From an uncultured bacterium (lineage in GTDB: Bacteria; Hydrothermota; UBA3073; NMUJ01; CBEVQO01): 64,000 bases of DNA. The translations under genes were made by a program, and so were the position numbers. Positions 19,963 through 29,931 of the stretch are shown here, one piece after another (the first letter of the stretch is position 1; each line of letters starts with the position of its first letter). Under the pieces are notes generated by a model. It saw only the letters and a list, made by a program, of their open reading frames with translations, did not search any database and was not told where the DNA came from. The stretch spans positions 41,005-105,004 of the forward strand of contig CBEVQO010000007.1 in the NCBI GenBank assembly GCA_965552055.1. Direction: 5' to 3'.

Positions 19963-21517
19963 ATCGCCCCCTCTCTACAAGATACTTATAAGTTAATACA
20001 GATACAAAACGCAAAAATCTAAATGAATGCCTCAATCTCAAAGACAAAGAAACAACATCACCTTTGTCATCCTGCTCAAGTAAAAAAGCATCAATTATGG
20101 GGCGCAAAAAGTAATTGCGCCTCAAATTCAAAATCCCTTCACTTACCCTCTTAATTTTACCCTCAACTTCCTCAAATTTCAATCTTTTACTTCTCAAAAT
20201 GGAACTCAACAAATAATCGCAAATTTTTTCGCCTTCAACACTCAAATTATGTAGATGGTATAAACCCATCTTCTCCTCCACAAATGGTTTATCAAAATTC
20301 GTGTCAAAGGAAACTTTTTCTTCAAAATTTCCGGATAAAATTTTACGCCATGTAAACATATAAACTTCATTATAAAAATCATAAAGTGTTTTCTTATGCA
20401 ATGGTAAAAGATGTAAAAGCCCGTCTTTGTGCCTTGTGACATAAACCCTTACTCCTTTCCATCTTGCCTCAATTTTCTCCTTTTTCAGCATCTTTTCCAT
20501 AATTTCGATTATAATTTCCGGTTTTATTTTATATTTGCATGCAAAAGATTTACAATTTGTATCTGGATGACAGGGATAACATGGAATATCTGGTTCCACA
20601 ACTATATTATCTGCGCTATAAGGAGCTGTTTCATAGCTTCTTGCTGTACCCATACAAAGGGTAAGGCATGGCACCCCTACTCTGCTCGCTATATGCATCG
20701 TGCCTGTATCATTTGTAAGTAAAATTTTGCATCTCTTCAGAATAGAAATCAATAAACCTAAATCAGTTTTACCAATCAAATCAATTACCTGTGCTCTCTT
20801 TTTTATCGCTTCACCAAGTGGCTTTTCTTTTTCCACGCCAAATAGGACTATCTTTGCCCTATTTTGAAAATGCTTCGCTACCTGTGCAAAATAATGTGGC
20901 ATCCATATTTTTTCGGGTCGGGATGCACCGGGTTGAAAACCTATCAGAATATCCCCTTCTTTTACACGATTTTTATACAAAATTTCAACGGCTTCCTTTT
21001 CTTTTTCTTCCTTAACACGAAGCTCAGCATCAATTTCCGCTTCTACATCGCTTATCCCGGCAAGGATATCTGTTAGATTAAAAGGATTAAATTTTCTGTT
21101 TAAAACCGCATTCATTAAAAAACGAGTCCAGTTATCAATACAAAAAACATCCCCCTTTTTATAAATAGCACCTCTTTTCTCTTTTGCCTTTATCATGTTC
21201 GCTAAAAGAGCACTCACAGCTTCTGGTACAAAATTTATAAGCAAATCATAATCTCTTTTATTTACTTCTTTTACAAAGTCACTGTAATATTTGTAGAATC
21301 TCGGAAAAAGAGCGTTTAACCGAGATAATGATGTCACAAAATCGAGTCGCTCAAATGTATGGATGAAATCACAATAAGGTATAAATTGAGTGATACCAGC
21401 AAATTCCTTATTTACCAGCAAATGTACTTCCGAAAATTTTCTCTTTAATGCTTTAAGTACAGGTACACTTTCGAGAATATCACCCATTCGTGTTAAATTC
21501 ATCACAAGTACTCTCAT
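19943..21517 (-). CDS. glycosyltransferase family 9
   Basis: LTRMGDILES, QPGAS, TNDTGTMHIA, ETAPY, CYPC. Confidence 0.88.
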   Translation of the reverse strand: MRVLVMNLTRMGDILESVPVLKALKRKFSEVHLLVNKEFAGITQFIPYCDFIHTFERLDFVTSLSRLNALFPRFYKYYSDFVKEVNKRDYDLLINFVPEAVSALLANMIKAKEKRGAIYKKGDVFCIDNWTRFLMNAVLNRKFNPFNLTDILAGISDVEAEIDAELRVKEEKEKEAVEILYKNRVKEGDILIGFQPGASRPEKIWMPHYFAQVAKHFQNRAKIVLFGVEKEKPLGEAIKKRAQVIDLIGKTDLGLLISILKRCKILLTNDTGTMHIASRVGVPCLTLCMGTARSYETAPYSADNIVVEPDIPCYPCHPDTNCKSFACKYKIKPEIIIEIMEKMLKKEKIEARWKGVRVYVTRHKDGLLHLLPLHKKTLYDFYNEVYMFTWRKILSGNFEEKVSFDTNFDKPFVEEKMGLYHLHNLSVEGEKICDYLLSSILRSKRLKFEEVEGKIKRVSEGILNLRRNYFLRPIIDAFLLEQDDKGDVVSLSLRLRHSFRFLRFVSVLTYKYLVERGRYVCEIW

Positions 21518-23202
21518 ACCTTCACTCCTTTTGCCCAGCGTCTTATGGCATCCATAAGTAAAATCACACCTTCTGCTACATTAAACTCATCCTTATTTTT
21601 ATCTATCACCCTCACAAGGTCATCAAAACTTATAAATTCATCGTCCTTAAAATGTTTAAGCAATGCCCTGAATTCTTCATCTTGAATTTTCTCTTTCAGT
21701 TCACTAACTTTATACTTCTCAGAAACTGCAAATCTTCTTTCTCTTTCGAAAATAAATTTTAAAAGTGCCTTTGCTCTTTCTTCATAAGTATGATATTTCA
21801 AAACTTTTTCCCTCGCCTTTAGCGCTATTTCTTCCCTCTCTGCATCTGCCTTTAAATAATAATCTATTTTCTTTTTCAACTCCGATAATGTTTTAAAACT
21901 GACAATTTCGTCTTCTTCAAAAAATTCCCTCAAATATTTTCTTTCGTCCACAAGCTGGAATGCCCCACATGATGCTATTTCAAAAGTCCTCGGATTCAGA
22001 TAATCGCCTTCGGGATTGATAACGGGATAAAATTTTGAAGAATGTAGATTCAGGTTAATCTTTGATGAAGAGTAAATTTTTACATATTCTTTATCTTCAA
22101 TTCTTCCCCTTTTACCCAATATTTTTGCAAATTCCGGATACTCTTCCCAGCCTTCACCCCATACTTTGAAATTGTAAGAAAATAATTGACGAAATACATT
22201 TACACGATTGAAATAAGGAGCACCTACAAAAGATATATCACTTCCGTAAAATTCTTTTTCTTTTTCATTCAAATCTAATTTTTTATGAATTTGTGGGTCT
22301 GCAGCGAGTGGCAGATAAAAATAATTTTTAACACCGATTGACTCTAACTCTTCAAAAAATTCATCCTTTTGTATTGTGAAAAAGTAATCGTATAAAGGAG
22401 CGACTTCTCTCCAGTATCCCATTGTTTTGTAATCTTCAACAAACCAGAAAGCAGTTGGCACTCCTTTCCTTCTGCATGCGGTCAGTGACTTTACTCCCAA
22501 AGGCGACTGCGCTACACCAAGAACAAGGTCTGGCTGAAAACTATCGATCTTCAAAATGATAACTTCCTCACAAAAATTCAAAAATAAATTCTGAGCTTTC
22601 CTTTGCAAAACAGAATCTTCAAATTTTGTCTCAATGTCGTCAAAAATATTCTTAAAAATGGAATTATCAAAAATTTCAACATTATGACCAAGTTTTTTCA
22701 ATGCATTTGCAAGATAATAAGCAATTGGCAATGAGCCACCATAAATGGGGGTGATAACCAAAATTTTTAAAATCAATTCTTTGTTTCTTAAATAATTTTG
22801 ATGCAGTTTAAATTTTTCGAAATAATTGTGAAAAATTTTTACTTCGGCTGGAAGTTCAAAAATTTTTCCATGTAAAAGCGGAATTTTTTCTGCATCATCA
22901 GAAATTATTTCAATTTTTTTCAGTAAATCTTCTATATTCCTTTCTTTTCTGGCAAGTTCTACTATTTCTCTTTCGGGCTCAATGACTGTGATTTTCTCTG
23001 GCTTTTTCTCCAGTAATTTTTCAATGTGATAACCAAATCCAAATCCCAGAACTATCACTCTATCACCTTCTTTTATATTGTGATGTTTCAAAAGTAATTC
23101 AGCTTCCTTGTAAGGGTCGGTTAAACTGTGTAATGCAATTCCCTTTACTCTTGGGATAGGAAGACCTTTTATAGTTTTCGTTATTTCTATAAACTTCCCC
23201 AC
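21514..23202 (-). CDS. Maf-like N-domain fused to CgeB/DUF3880-type glycosyltransferase
   Basis: LHSLTDPYKEA, LGFGFGYH; YLPLAADP, SKINLNLH, NPRTFEIASCGAFQL, HTYEERA. Confidence 0.8.
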   Translation of the reverse strand: MGKFIEITKTIKGLPIPRVKGIALHSLTDPYKEAELLLKHHNIKEGDRVIVLGFGFGYHIEKLLEKKPEKITVIEPEREIVELARKERNIEDLLKKIEIISDDAEKIPLLHGKIFELPAEVKIFHNYFEKFKLHQNYLRNKELILKILVITPIYGGSLPIAYYLANALKKLGHNVEIFDNSIFKNIFDDIETKFEDSVLQRKAQNLFLNFCEEVIILKIDSFQPDLVLGVAQSPLGVKSLTACRRKGVPTAFWFVEDYKTMGYWREVAPLYDYFFTIQKDEFFEELESIGVKNYFYLPLAADPQIHKKLDLNEKEKEFYGSDISFVGAPYFNRVNVFRQLFSYNFKVWGEGWEEYPEFAKILGKRGRIEDKEYVKIYSSSKINLNLHSSKFYPVINPEGDYLNPRTFEIASCGAFQLVDERKYLREFFEEDEIVSFKTLSELKKKIDYYLKADAEREEIALKAREKVLKYHTYEERAKALLKFIFERERRFAVSEKYKVSELKEKIQDEEFRALLKHFKDDEFISFDDLVRVIDKNKDEFNVAEGVILLMDAIRRWAKGVKV

Positions 23203-23261
23203 CCTTCATTTTTTAGCAAGTTTTATATCTTTTCATATTAAATTTTAATGAGAATAAATAA

Positions 23262-24686
23262 TCATTCTCTGCTTTCTAAAAGTTGTACGGTTTTTCCATT
23301 TTCCATCACAAAGACAGTAATGTTACCTATTGGCATTTTCACCACCTTTTTAATATCATGCAAGTGTAAAATTTTCTGACATTCATTTTCAAGATTTTCA
23401 CGATGCTTCCTTATCCTTTTTATAAGATTATTTACTTCTTCCTCTTCCCAGTAATATCCTTTCCATACTTCCAGTGATTTCAAAATCTCGTTTAAATACC
23501 AAATAAATCGATGCGCTACTGTATAATAGCCGGCTTCCTCACTAAATTGTTTTTCTATCTCCTTAGAATGTAATTTTATAATCAATAGCCCTTCTTTTAT
23601 CATGTTAAGATTCTGCTTAACATCTTTGCCAATTATATTTATGCACTTCTCCATAAATTCCTCGTCCGTTAGCTTACCATAATATCGCTGGAAAAACTCA
23701 TTTTTATTTTTTTCACTCAATTCCCTTCGATTACACATTTTCTCCTTTATTTCCTCTATCTCAGGAGCAGAGATGCTTTTTAATATATTTTCACAGCACT
23801 CGGACAAATCCTTTAGCCATTCGAGAGATATAAACATAAAGTTATTTATCATCTTATATTGCTTTCCTTTATCTTCTTTATCTTCAATTTTTCGTAATAT
23901 AAATTCGCAATATGCTATCATATCATCAATGGATATCTCAATTGCTTCAGCCAAAGATATTTTCTTTCCATATCCAGATGAAATCGGGATTTTCTCTTCC
24001 TTCAACTTATAGACAGTTACGCCATTAAAAAGATTTACCACTTTACATATGCCTGCTGAACGAAGAATTTCCCCACATTTCTTTACAAGGATTTTATAAT
24101 CTTTTTCCATTTTTCTTTCAAGGTTCTTTACTTCTCTTTCCTCCCAGAAATTTCCTTTCCACACATTTAATGTTTTTAAAAGGTCATCCAGATACCCTGC
24201 AAATGCATGCATCGTGGCGTAATTCTTCGAAAGTCCACAGGATATCTTTGATAGTTGATCAGAATAAGACTTTAATGTCAATAAACCTTCTCTCAATACA
24301 TCCATATTTTGTCTCACCTCTTTACCGATTGTTTCAATAAACTTTTCTCTATATTCTTCATCGTTCATCTTTCTTTCACAAAGTTTCACTCGCATATCTA
24401 TTTTTTCTTTCATTTTTCCCAATTCGGAGATGCCCAGCAGTGAAAGTCTCCAGCAATGAAAAGATGTAATTTTTAGTAAACTTAATGAAATATATAAATA
24501 ACAGGATATAAAGTCATATTGTTTTTCTTTGTCTTTTATATTTTCTATTTTTTGTGAAATGAAGTCACAATACGCTATCATGTCATCAATTGCGTTCTCC
24601 AGTGCCTGAGCGGAAGTAAGTTTACTTTTACATCCCATTAACCCAATCACAGATGAAATGAAAATCACAAATAAAAACTTTTTCAT
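23262..24686 (-). CDS. hypothetical lipoprotein with two ~220-aa internal repeats
   Basis: Lipobox LMGC; IDDMIAYC(D/E)FI and VWKG.(F/Y)WEE.EV.NL each occur twice; AGGAG SD. Confidence 0.8.
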   Translation of the reverse strand: MKKFLFVIFISSVIGLMGCKSKLTSAQALENAIDDMIAYCDFISQKIENIKDKEKQYDFISCYLYISLSLLKITSFHCWRLSLLGISELGKMKEKIDMRVKLCERKMNDEEYREKFIETIGKEVRQNMDVLREGLLTLKSYSDQLSKISCGLSKNYATMHAFAGYLDDLLKTLNVWKGNFWEEREVKNLERKMEKDYKILVKKCGEILRSAGICKVVNLFNGVTVYKLKEEKIPISSGYGKKISLAEAIEISIDDMIAYCEFILRKIEDKEDKGKQYKMINNFMFISLEWLKDLSECCENILKSISAPEIEEIKEKMCNRRELSEKNKNEFFQRYYGKLTDEEFMEKCINIIGKDVKQNLNMIKEGLLIIKLHSKEIEKQFSEEAGYYTVAHRFIWYLNEILKSLEVWKGYYWEEEEVNNLIKRIRKHRENLENECQKILHLHDIKKVVKMPIGNITVFVMENGKTVQLLESRE

Positions 24687-24711
24687 TTCACTCTCCTATT
24701 TTCCACATCAA

Positions 24712-24738
24712 ATTTTAATGAAAATATAAATTCGTCAA
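24712..24738 (-). promoter_or_regulatory. promoter TTGACG-N15-TAAAAT
   Basis: Reverse complements at 24733-24738 and 24712-24717. Confidence 0.6.
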
Positions 24739-25931
24739 TAAAAAATTTCTTTGAAGGTCTGGAGCAAACGAGGAAGTGCAGAAGGCACCCTTATAAGGTA
24801 TTCGCAGATTATCCTGATATCTGGATGGGATGTAAGGGCTTTCATCGCCTCTAAAAATTTCCCTTCACAATTAATAAGCACTTCCTTTAAAATTTTAAAT
24901 CCTCCCTGTAATTTGAATTTCCCGCATTTATAATCTGGATTGAAAAATTTACGCCAGAACTCAAGCCACAAATCCTTTTCACCATAATACACACCATATT
25001 CATCTAAATGCGCAACTAACTTTTCAAAATTTTTAACATCTTTTCCTTTTATCGCATTCAAAACATCAGCTGGATTTAAAATTTGCTTACATAATTCACA
25101 ATCAAAACTCTCTTCACAGGGATAACAGGGTAAATTCTTAATTTTTAAAACTATCGCTTTCTCTGTATAGGGACCAGTTTCATAAGGATTCGCTGAACCA
25201 AAAAATATACAAATTAATTTTTTACCTAAATAAGAAGCAAGATGCATTAAGCCTGTATCCGGTGATATTACCCATTCACATTCCTTCATTATCTCAACAA
25301 CCTCTTCTAATTTTGTCTTCCCCACAAAGTTTTTTAAGTTATTATCATCCTTGAAATTATAAATTTGAGATTTTCTGCCAAATAGATAAACTTTAAATCC
25401 TTCTCTTACCAAAATTTTTATTAAATTTTTCACAAAAGCTGGTGGTAAATCTCGCTTTCTATGTCCTGCATCACAAACAATGCCACAAATACTGCTTTGA
25501 ACCGAATCGCTGCAAACTTCAAATCTTCCCTTAATTCCAAAAGAATATCTGTAAACATCTGCTAGATTTATTCGCGCATATCTGCGATAAATTGCCTGGG
25601 AAATCACAAAATTATAATCATAAATTTCAAAATCACAGGATAGGATTTTTCCAAGAATAAAAGACTCTGGAAGATAATTAAGTGAATAAATTTTTTCAAC
25701 TTCTCTGTGAAATTTTTTTATCTCAGTGCTTATTTTCTTAAAATCTTCTGCAAAATTTTTAAGATTATAAGGAACTGGTAATATTTCTTTTGCTATTTTC
25801 ATCTTCTTTACAAAATCGGAAAAAATTTCATTGCAGATTAAAAGAACTTTTTCTTTCTTTTCAAAGTGTTTAATAACAGGCAAAGATTGTAATATATCTC
25901 CTATTCGTGCAAGCTGTATTATGCCTATCAC
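24735..25931 (-). CDS. glycosyltransferase family 9
   Basis: QLARIGDILQS, SPDTGLMHLA, ETGPY, CYPC. Confidence 0.87.
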   Translation of the reverse strand: MIGIIQLARIGDILQSLPVIKHFEKKEKVLLICNEIFSDFVKKMKIAKEILPVPYNLKNFAEDFKKISTEIKKFHREVEKIYSLNYLPESFILGKILSCDFEIYDYNFVISQAIYRRYARINLADVYRYSFGIKGRFEVCSDSVQSSICGIVCDAGHRKRDLPPAFVKNLIKILVREGFKVYLFGRKSQIYNFKDDNNLKNFVGKTKLEEVVEIMKECEWVISPDTGLMHLASYLGKKLICIFFGSANPYETGPYTEKAIVLKIKNLPCYPCEESFDCELCKQILNPADVLNAIKGKDVKNFEKLVAHLDEYGVYYGEKDLWLEFWRKFFNPDYKCGKFKLQGGFKILKEVLINCEGKFLEAMKALTSHPDIRIICEYLIRVPSALPRLLQTFKEIFY

Positions 25932-25958
25932 ACTTAAATTTTAACAATTTTTATAACA

Positions 25959-27029
25959 TTATTCCGGAAACAAACTGGGAATTTTTGGTTTTTTCTCAAG
26001 ATGTGATAATCTAACACCAAGCAATCTAACTTTTTTCTTCAAATTTTTATAAAAGTCGGTAAATAGTGATTTTATTTCCTGCCAGATAACATTATAAGAA
26101 TCTGTGTAAAATGGCAATGTCCTTTGACGGGTATGGGTGACAAAATCTTCTAACCTTATTTTCACACCCACATTTTTACAAAAATATCCATTTTCTTTTA
26201 ACACAGAATACACTTCTTTTGTCAATTCTTCCAGTGTTTTAATCAATATCTCAAAATCACTCTGGTCATATCTGAAGGTAATCTCCCTGCTAAAAGATTT
26301 GGGCTCTTTACGCTCTTCCACTTCCTCACTCCCTATCCCCCGGGATAATAAATAAAGAGAATAGCCCCATTTGCCAAAAGTATCCAACAATTTTTTCAAA
26401 GGTGTTTCTCTCAAATCTTTAATCGTATAAATTCCCATTGAATTTAAAATTTTTTCTGTCTTTTCCCCAACTCCTATTATTTTACGCACAGGTAAAGGGT
26501 CAAGAAAATGCTGAACATCTTCTGGCTTTACAACCGTCAACCCGTCTGGCTTCTGCACATCAGATGCTAACTTTGCGATAAATTTATTGGGACCTATACC
26601 AACGGAACATGTCAAATCTTCTTTTCTCTTTATCTCTGCTTTTAATTCTTTTGCAATATCAACTGCTTTATCGAAACTTCCTGCTCTCTGAGTAACATCA
26701 AGGAAAGCTTCATCGATACTAACCTGCTCAAATTTATCTCCGTATTTTTTTATTATCGTCATTACCTTTTTTGATACTTCTTTGTAAAGTTTCATGTTTA
26801 CAGGTAAAAATACGGCATGCGGACATAGTTTATATGCTTTTGAAATGGGCATCGCTGACCTAATTCCATATTTCCTTGCCTCGTAAGAACATGTGCTGAC
26901 AACACCTCGCCCCCTGCCTCCTTCTGGGTCTGCACCCACAACAACGGGTTTACCCCGCAATGATGGATTCTCCCTTATCTCAACAGATGCAAAAAACGCA
27001 TCCATATCAATATGAAGGATTATTTTCAC
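25959..27029 (-). CDS. dinB: DNA polymerase IV
   Basis: HIDMDAFFASVE, SYEARKYG, SIDEAFLD, AKLAS..KPDG. Confidence 0.96.
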   Translation of the reverse strand: MKIILHIDMDAFFASVEIRENPSLRGKPVVVGADPEGGRGRGVVSTCSYEARKYGIRSAMPISKAYKLCPHAVFLPVNMKLYKEVSKKVMTIIKKYGDKFEQVSIDEAFLDVTQRAGSFDKAVDIAKELKAEIKRKEDLTCSVGIGPNKFIAKLASDVQKPDGLTVVKPEDVQHFLDPLPVRKIIGVGEKTEKILNSMGIYTIKDLRETPLKKLLDTFGKWGYSLYLLSRGIGSEEVEERKEPKSFSREITFRYDQSDFEILIKTLEELTKEVYSVLKENGYFCKNVGVKIRLEDFVTHTRQRTLPFYTDSYNVIWQEIKSLFTDFYKNLKKKVRLLGVRLSHLEKKPKIPSLFPE

Positions 27030-27104
27030 ATGTTATTTATATCCCAAAAAATTAAAATATCAAGCTTTTTGCTTGACAAAATTAATTGCCGATTAAATTT
27101 AAAG

Positions 27105-28292
27105 ATGAAATTAGAATTAGAAAAAGTAGAGATTAAAAATTTCCGAAGCATTAAACATGCTATAATCCCTTTAAACTCTTTCAACATTTTCGCAGGAATA
27201 AACGGAAGCGGTAAAAGTAATTTTATTAAAGCAATAGAAGTAGTAATTCAAAGGGTAGAAATTAGATATCCCGAATTAGTTAAATTAATCTTTCTTTTAC
27301 CAGAATTCCCTTGGTCTTTAAATAAAAATATTGTTTACTCAAATCCATATCCTTTCCCTTTTGAAAAAGAAAATGATACAGAAATTAAATTGTATTTTAA
27401 AGAAGGATACATTCACACTGTTTTTCGATATAAAAAAGAAAGTATAATCCGTGAAGATACTGTCAAATTACCCGGTTGGGAAATTAAGAAGGATTCTAAA
27501 TTTATAGAAGTAAATGGGCAAAGGTTCTCGCTTAAAGAAGGGGAAGTTCTTCTTTCGCCCTTTAATTTTCAAATAACACAAGATTTAAAGAAACAGATAG
27601 AGAATAGCATAAAATTTATAGACCCTCAAGATAAATTAAACAAAATTTTATGGATACCAAAATCTTTTTTAAACAAGTTAAAACAGAGCAAAAATCCAAG
27701 ATTGACAATAAAGAACGCAATCAAAATGAAAAAAATTGATAGAGATACAGGATTACTTCTTTTATTCTTTACCAATAAAGAATTAAGAGAAAACTTGTTA
27801 AGCATTTTTAGGGAAGCTTTTACTTACACAAAAATCTCGAGGATGAGTTTAAAATCTCCTTCTTTTTTCTCTGTTTCATTATCAAAGGAAGAAGAAAAAT
27901 TTTATGAAATAATTTTTGTTGAGGAATTTATGGATAGAGAAGTTCCTATATCTTTGATGGATTTACCCGATGGTGTCAAAACTTTTCTAACTATATGGCT
28001 GGAAATACTGGATTGTCCAAAAAATGCAACTCTCATGATAGAAGAGCCAGAGAATCGCTTACATGTAACGGCTATTCGTAAGCTCGCAGATTTGCTCATT
28101 GAATACGCTGAAAAGAAAAATCTAAAGTTTATAATAACCACTCATTCACCAGATTTTGTAAGAAGATTTTTACCGCAGGATATAATAAGGGTTACTCGTG
28201 ATGTATGCGGAGCATCTCATTTTCATAGAATAACAGACGATGAAGCATTATCTCAAACAATAGAGAGCTTAGCCGAGATGCCATCCGAATGA
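27105..28292 (+). CDS. OLD/AAA_15-AAA_21-type ABC ATPase
   Basis: IKNFRSI, GINGSGKSN, signature-like LPDG, IEEPENRLH, ITTHSP; start moved to ATG 27105 behind TTGACA-N15-TAAATT. Confidence 0.85.
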   Translation: MKLELEKVEIKNFRSIKHAIIPLNSFNIFAGINGSGKSNFIKAIEVVIQRVEIRYPELVKLIFLLPEFPWSLNKNIVYSNPYPFPFEKENDTEIKLYFKEGYIHTVFRYKKESIIREDTVKLPGWEIKKDSKFIEVNGQRFSLKEGEVLLSPFNFQITQDLKKQIENSIKFIDPQDKLNKILWIPKSFLNKLKQSKNPRLTIKNAIKMKKIDRDTGLLLLFFTNKELRENLLSIFREAFTYTKISRMSLKSPSFFSVSLSKEEEKFYEIIFVEEFMDREVPISLMDLPDGVKTFLTIWLEILDCPKNATLMIEEPENRLHVTAIRKLADLLIEYAEKKNLKFIITTHSPDFVRRFLPQDIIRVTRDVCGASHFHRITDDEALSQTIESLAEMPSE

Positions 28293-28900
28293 AAGTTATC
28301 TTTTGCGAAGGTACAGATGACGAAATTTTTCTTAAACGATTTGCAAATTTTCTAAATATTCCTCTCTCAAACTTTTATATAAAGCCATTATCGGGTTCTG
28401 TTGGAGAGGAAGTTCCTTTAAGAATATTAAAAGACAAATTAAGAGAAGGACACATTCATAAAATGGAAAAGATAATCTTTTTCCTTGATAACGACCATAA
28501 TTATTTTACCGAATATAAGAGTAAATCAGTTTTCAATTTAATAAGAAGTGAATTCTCAATCCCAGTTATTTTTATAAAAATTTGCCCTTCGAGAGATATT
28601 TTCTATTTTTACAATGAACAGATTACTTCTTTGCTTTATGGTAAAAAAGCATGGCAGGATGTAAAAAATTTAATTAGTAAAAAGAAAGCCAAAGAAATAA
28701 GGAATATTTTAAAAGCAAAATATAAAGCGAAGATACAAAATATATTAAATCCACAAAGTAAGCGAAGTAAATTTAGGACATTTTACTCAAAAATTGAAAA
28801 ACATTTCACACCTATTGCTGAAGTTATGAAATGCAAAAAGATAGAGCTTAACCTTCAAATCAAAGTGGGATTTGCTCAAATAGAGATAATTTCTTATTAA
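28289..28900 (+). CDS. TOPRIM-like protein partnered with ABC ATPase
   Basis: IFCEGTDD and FLDND acidic motifs; ATGA coupling to ATPase. Confidence 0.65.
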   Translation: MKVIFCEGTDDEIFLKRFANFLNIPLSNFYIKPLSGSVGEEVPLRILKDKLREGHIHKMEKIIFFLDNDHNYFTEYKSKSVFNLIRSEFSIPVIFIKICPSRDIFYFYNEQITSLLYGKKAWQDVKNLISKKKAKEIRNILKAKYKAKIQNILNPQSKRSKFRTFYSKIEKHFTPIAEVMKCKKIELNLQIKVGFAQIEIISY

Positions 28901-29931
28901 AAGATTTTAACATCTATTTCGCCTCTTTCGCCTTCTTTCCCTTTTATCTTTATTTCTACATCTTTAAACTTTTTTATTACCCATATATTTGTGAGTAGAT
29001 GCAAGGTTATTTCGGATGTCGTAAATCTGAATTCTCCCTTACCGAGTGTTAAAAAGTTTATTATCTGATCGGCAAGATGTTTATCAAGCGCTCCTCCTCT
29101 TTTTTCATGTTTCAAAAATTCTTCCGTTGCTTCCTCGCCTACTTTTTCTGCGGGCTTGCCAGGTGCACCGAGTGAGGAAAATCCACATATACTGTTCTCG
29201 TATTCCGCAACAAGAAAGAAAAATGTACCTTTACTTAAACCTTTAACTTCCCATATTTCAATCTCTGGTGAATATCTTCTTAAAAGATTATAAGATGCCT
29301 TTCTCTGGCGTTCTGCAATATGCCGCGGCAAATCACACACCACAGATATGCCCCATAATTTTTGTAATCTTCCTCTTTCTGTGAAATCGCAATTTTTAAT
29401 TTCTTCTACAGGATTTATCTTTATATAAATTTCGCCTCCACCACGCGGATAAAAGCCCCATTTTTTGAGTTTACTCTCAATTTTTATACCAAGTTTTTTA
29501 AGCATTGGAAACAGCACCCATTCGAGATAATGATAAGGTGGACTCCATTCGGTATGTGTCCCTCCTTTAAGAATTATTTCCGAAACATTTTTTGCTTTGA
29601 GGAGTGGCACCATTATTGCCTGTAACACAAGCGCAGTTGAGCCAGCACTACCCCTTTCTTCTGCCACATCAAATATAAATTTGCCAGATTTTAAAGTTCT
29701 TGGACGAAATTCAAGTTCTGTACTACCATATTCTGCACCCTTTACATCTGCATCGGATATTTCTCTTGCCGCCTTCACAGAAGTTAAATGCTGTTGCATC
29801 AAACCGGGTTTTTTACGACCTTTCCTGATGTTATAAATATGAAATGCCTTACCTGTTATGCAACTCATACAAAGGGATGACCTTAAAATTTGACCACCGC
29901 CTTCGCCATAACTACCATCAATTACTATCAT
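28897..29931 (-). CDS. rtcA: RNA 3'-terminal phosphate cyclase
   Basis: IDGSYGEGGGQILR, GFYPRGGG, DKHLADQ, HLLTN. Confidence 0.96.
   Translation of the reverse strand: MIVIDGSYGEGGGQILRSSLCMSCITGKAFHIYNIRKGRKKPGLMQQHLTSVKAAREISDADVKGAEYGSTELEFRPRTLKSGKFIFDVAEERGSAGSTALVLQAIMVPLLKAKNVSEIILKGGTHTEWSPPYHYLEWVLFPMLKKLGIKIESKLKKWGFYPRGGGEIYIKINPVEEIKNCDFTERGRLQKLWGISVVCDLPRHIAERQRKASYNLLRRYSPEIEIWEVKGLSKGTFFFLVAEYENSICGFSSLGAPGKPAEKVGEEATEEFLKHEKRGGALDKHLADQIINFLTLGKGEFRFTTSEITLHLLTNIWVIKKFKDVEIKIKGKEGERGEIDVKIF

Noticed and set aside
23203..23248. Leaderless ATG (23236, -) as start of the Maf/CgeB gene
   Set aside because: It gives MKRYKTC* out of frame with the gene, and the gene's frame has a TGA just upstream of GTG 23202
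27012..27104. ORF-track N-terminal extension of the ABC ATPase
   Set aside because: Overlaps the dinB start and both divergent promoters; family homology starts at ATG 27105
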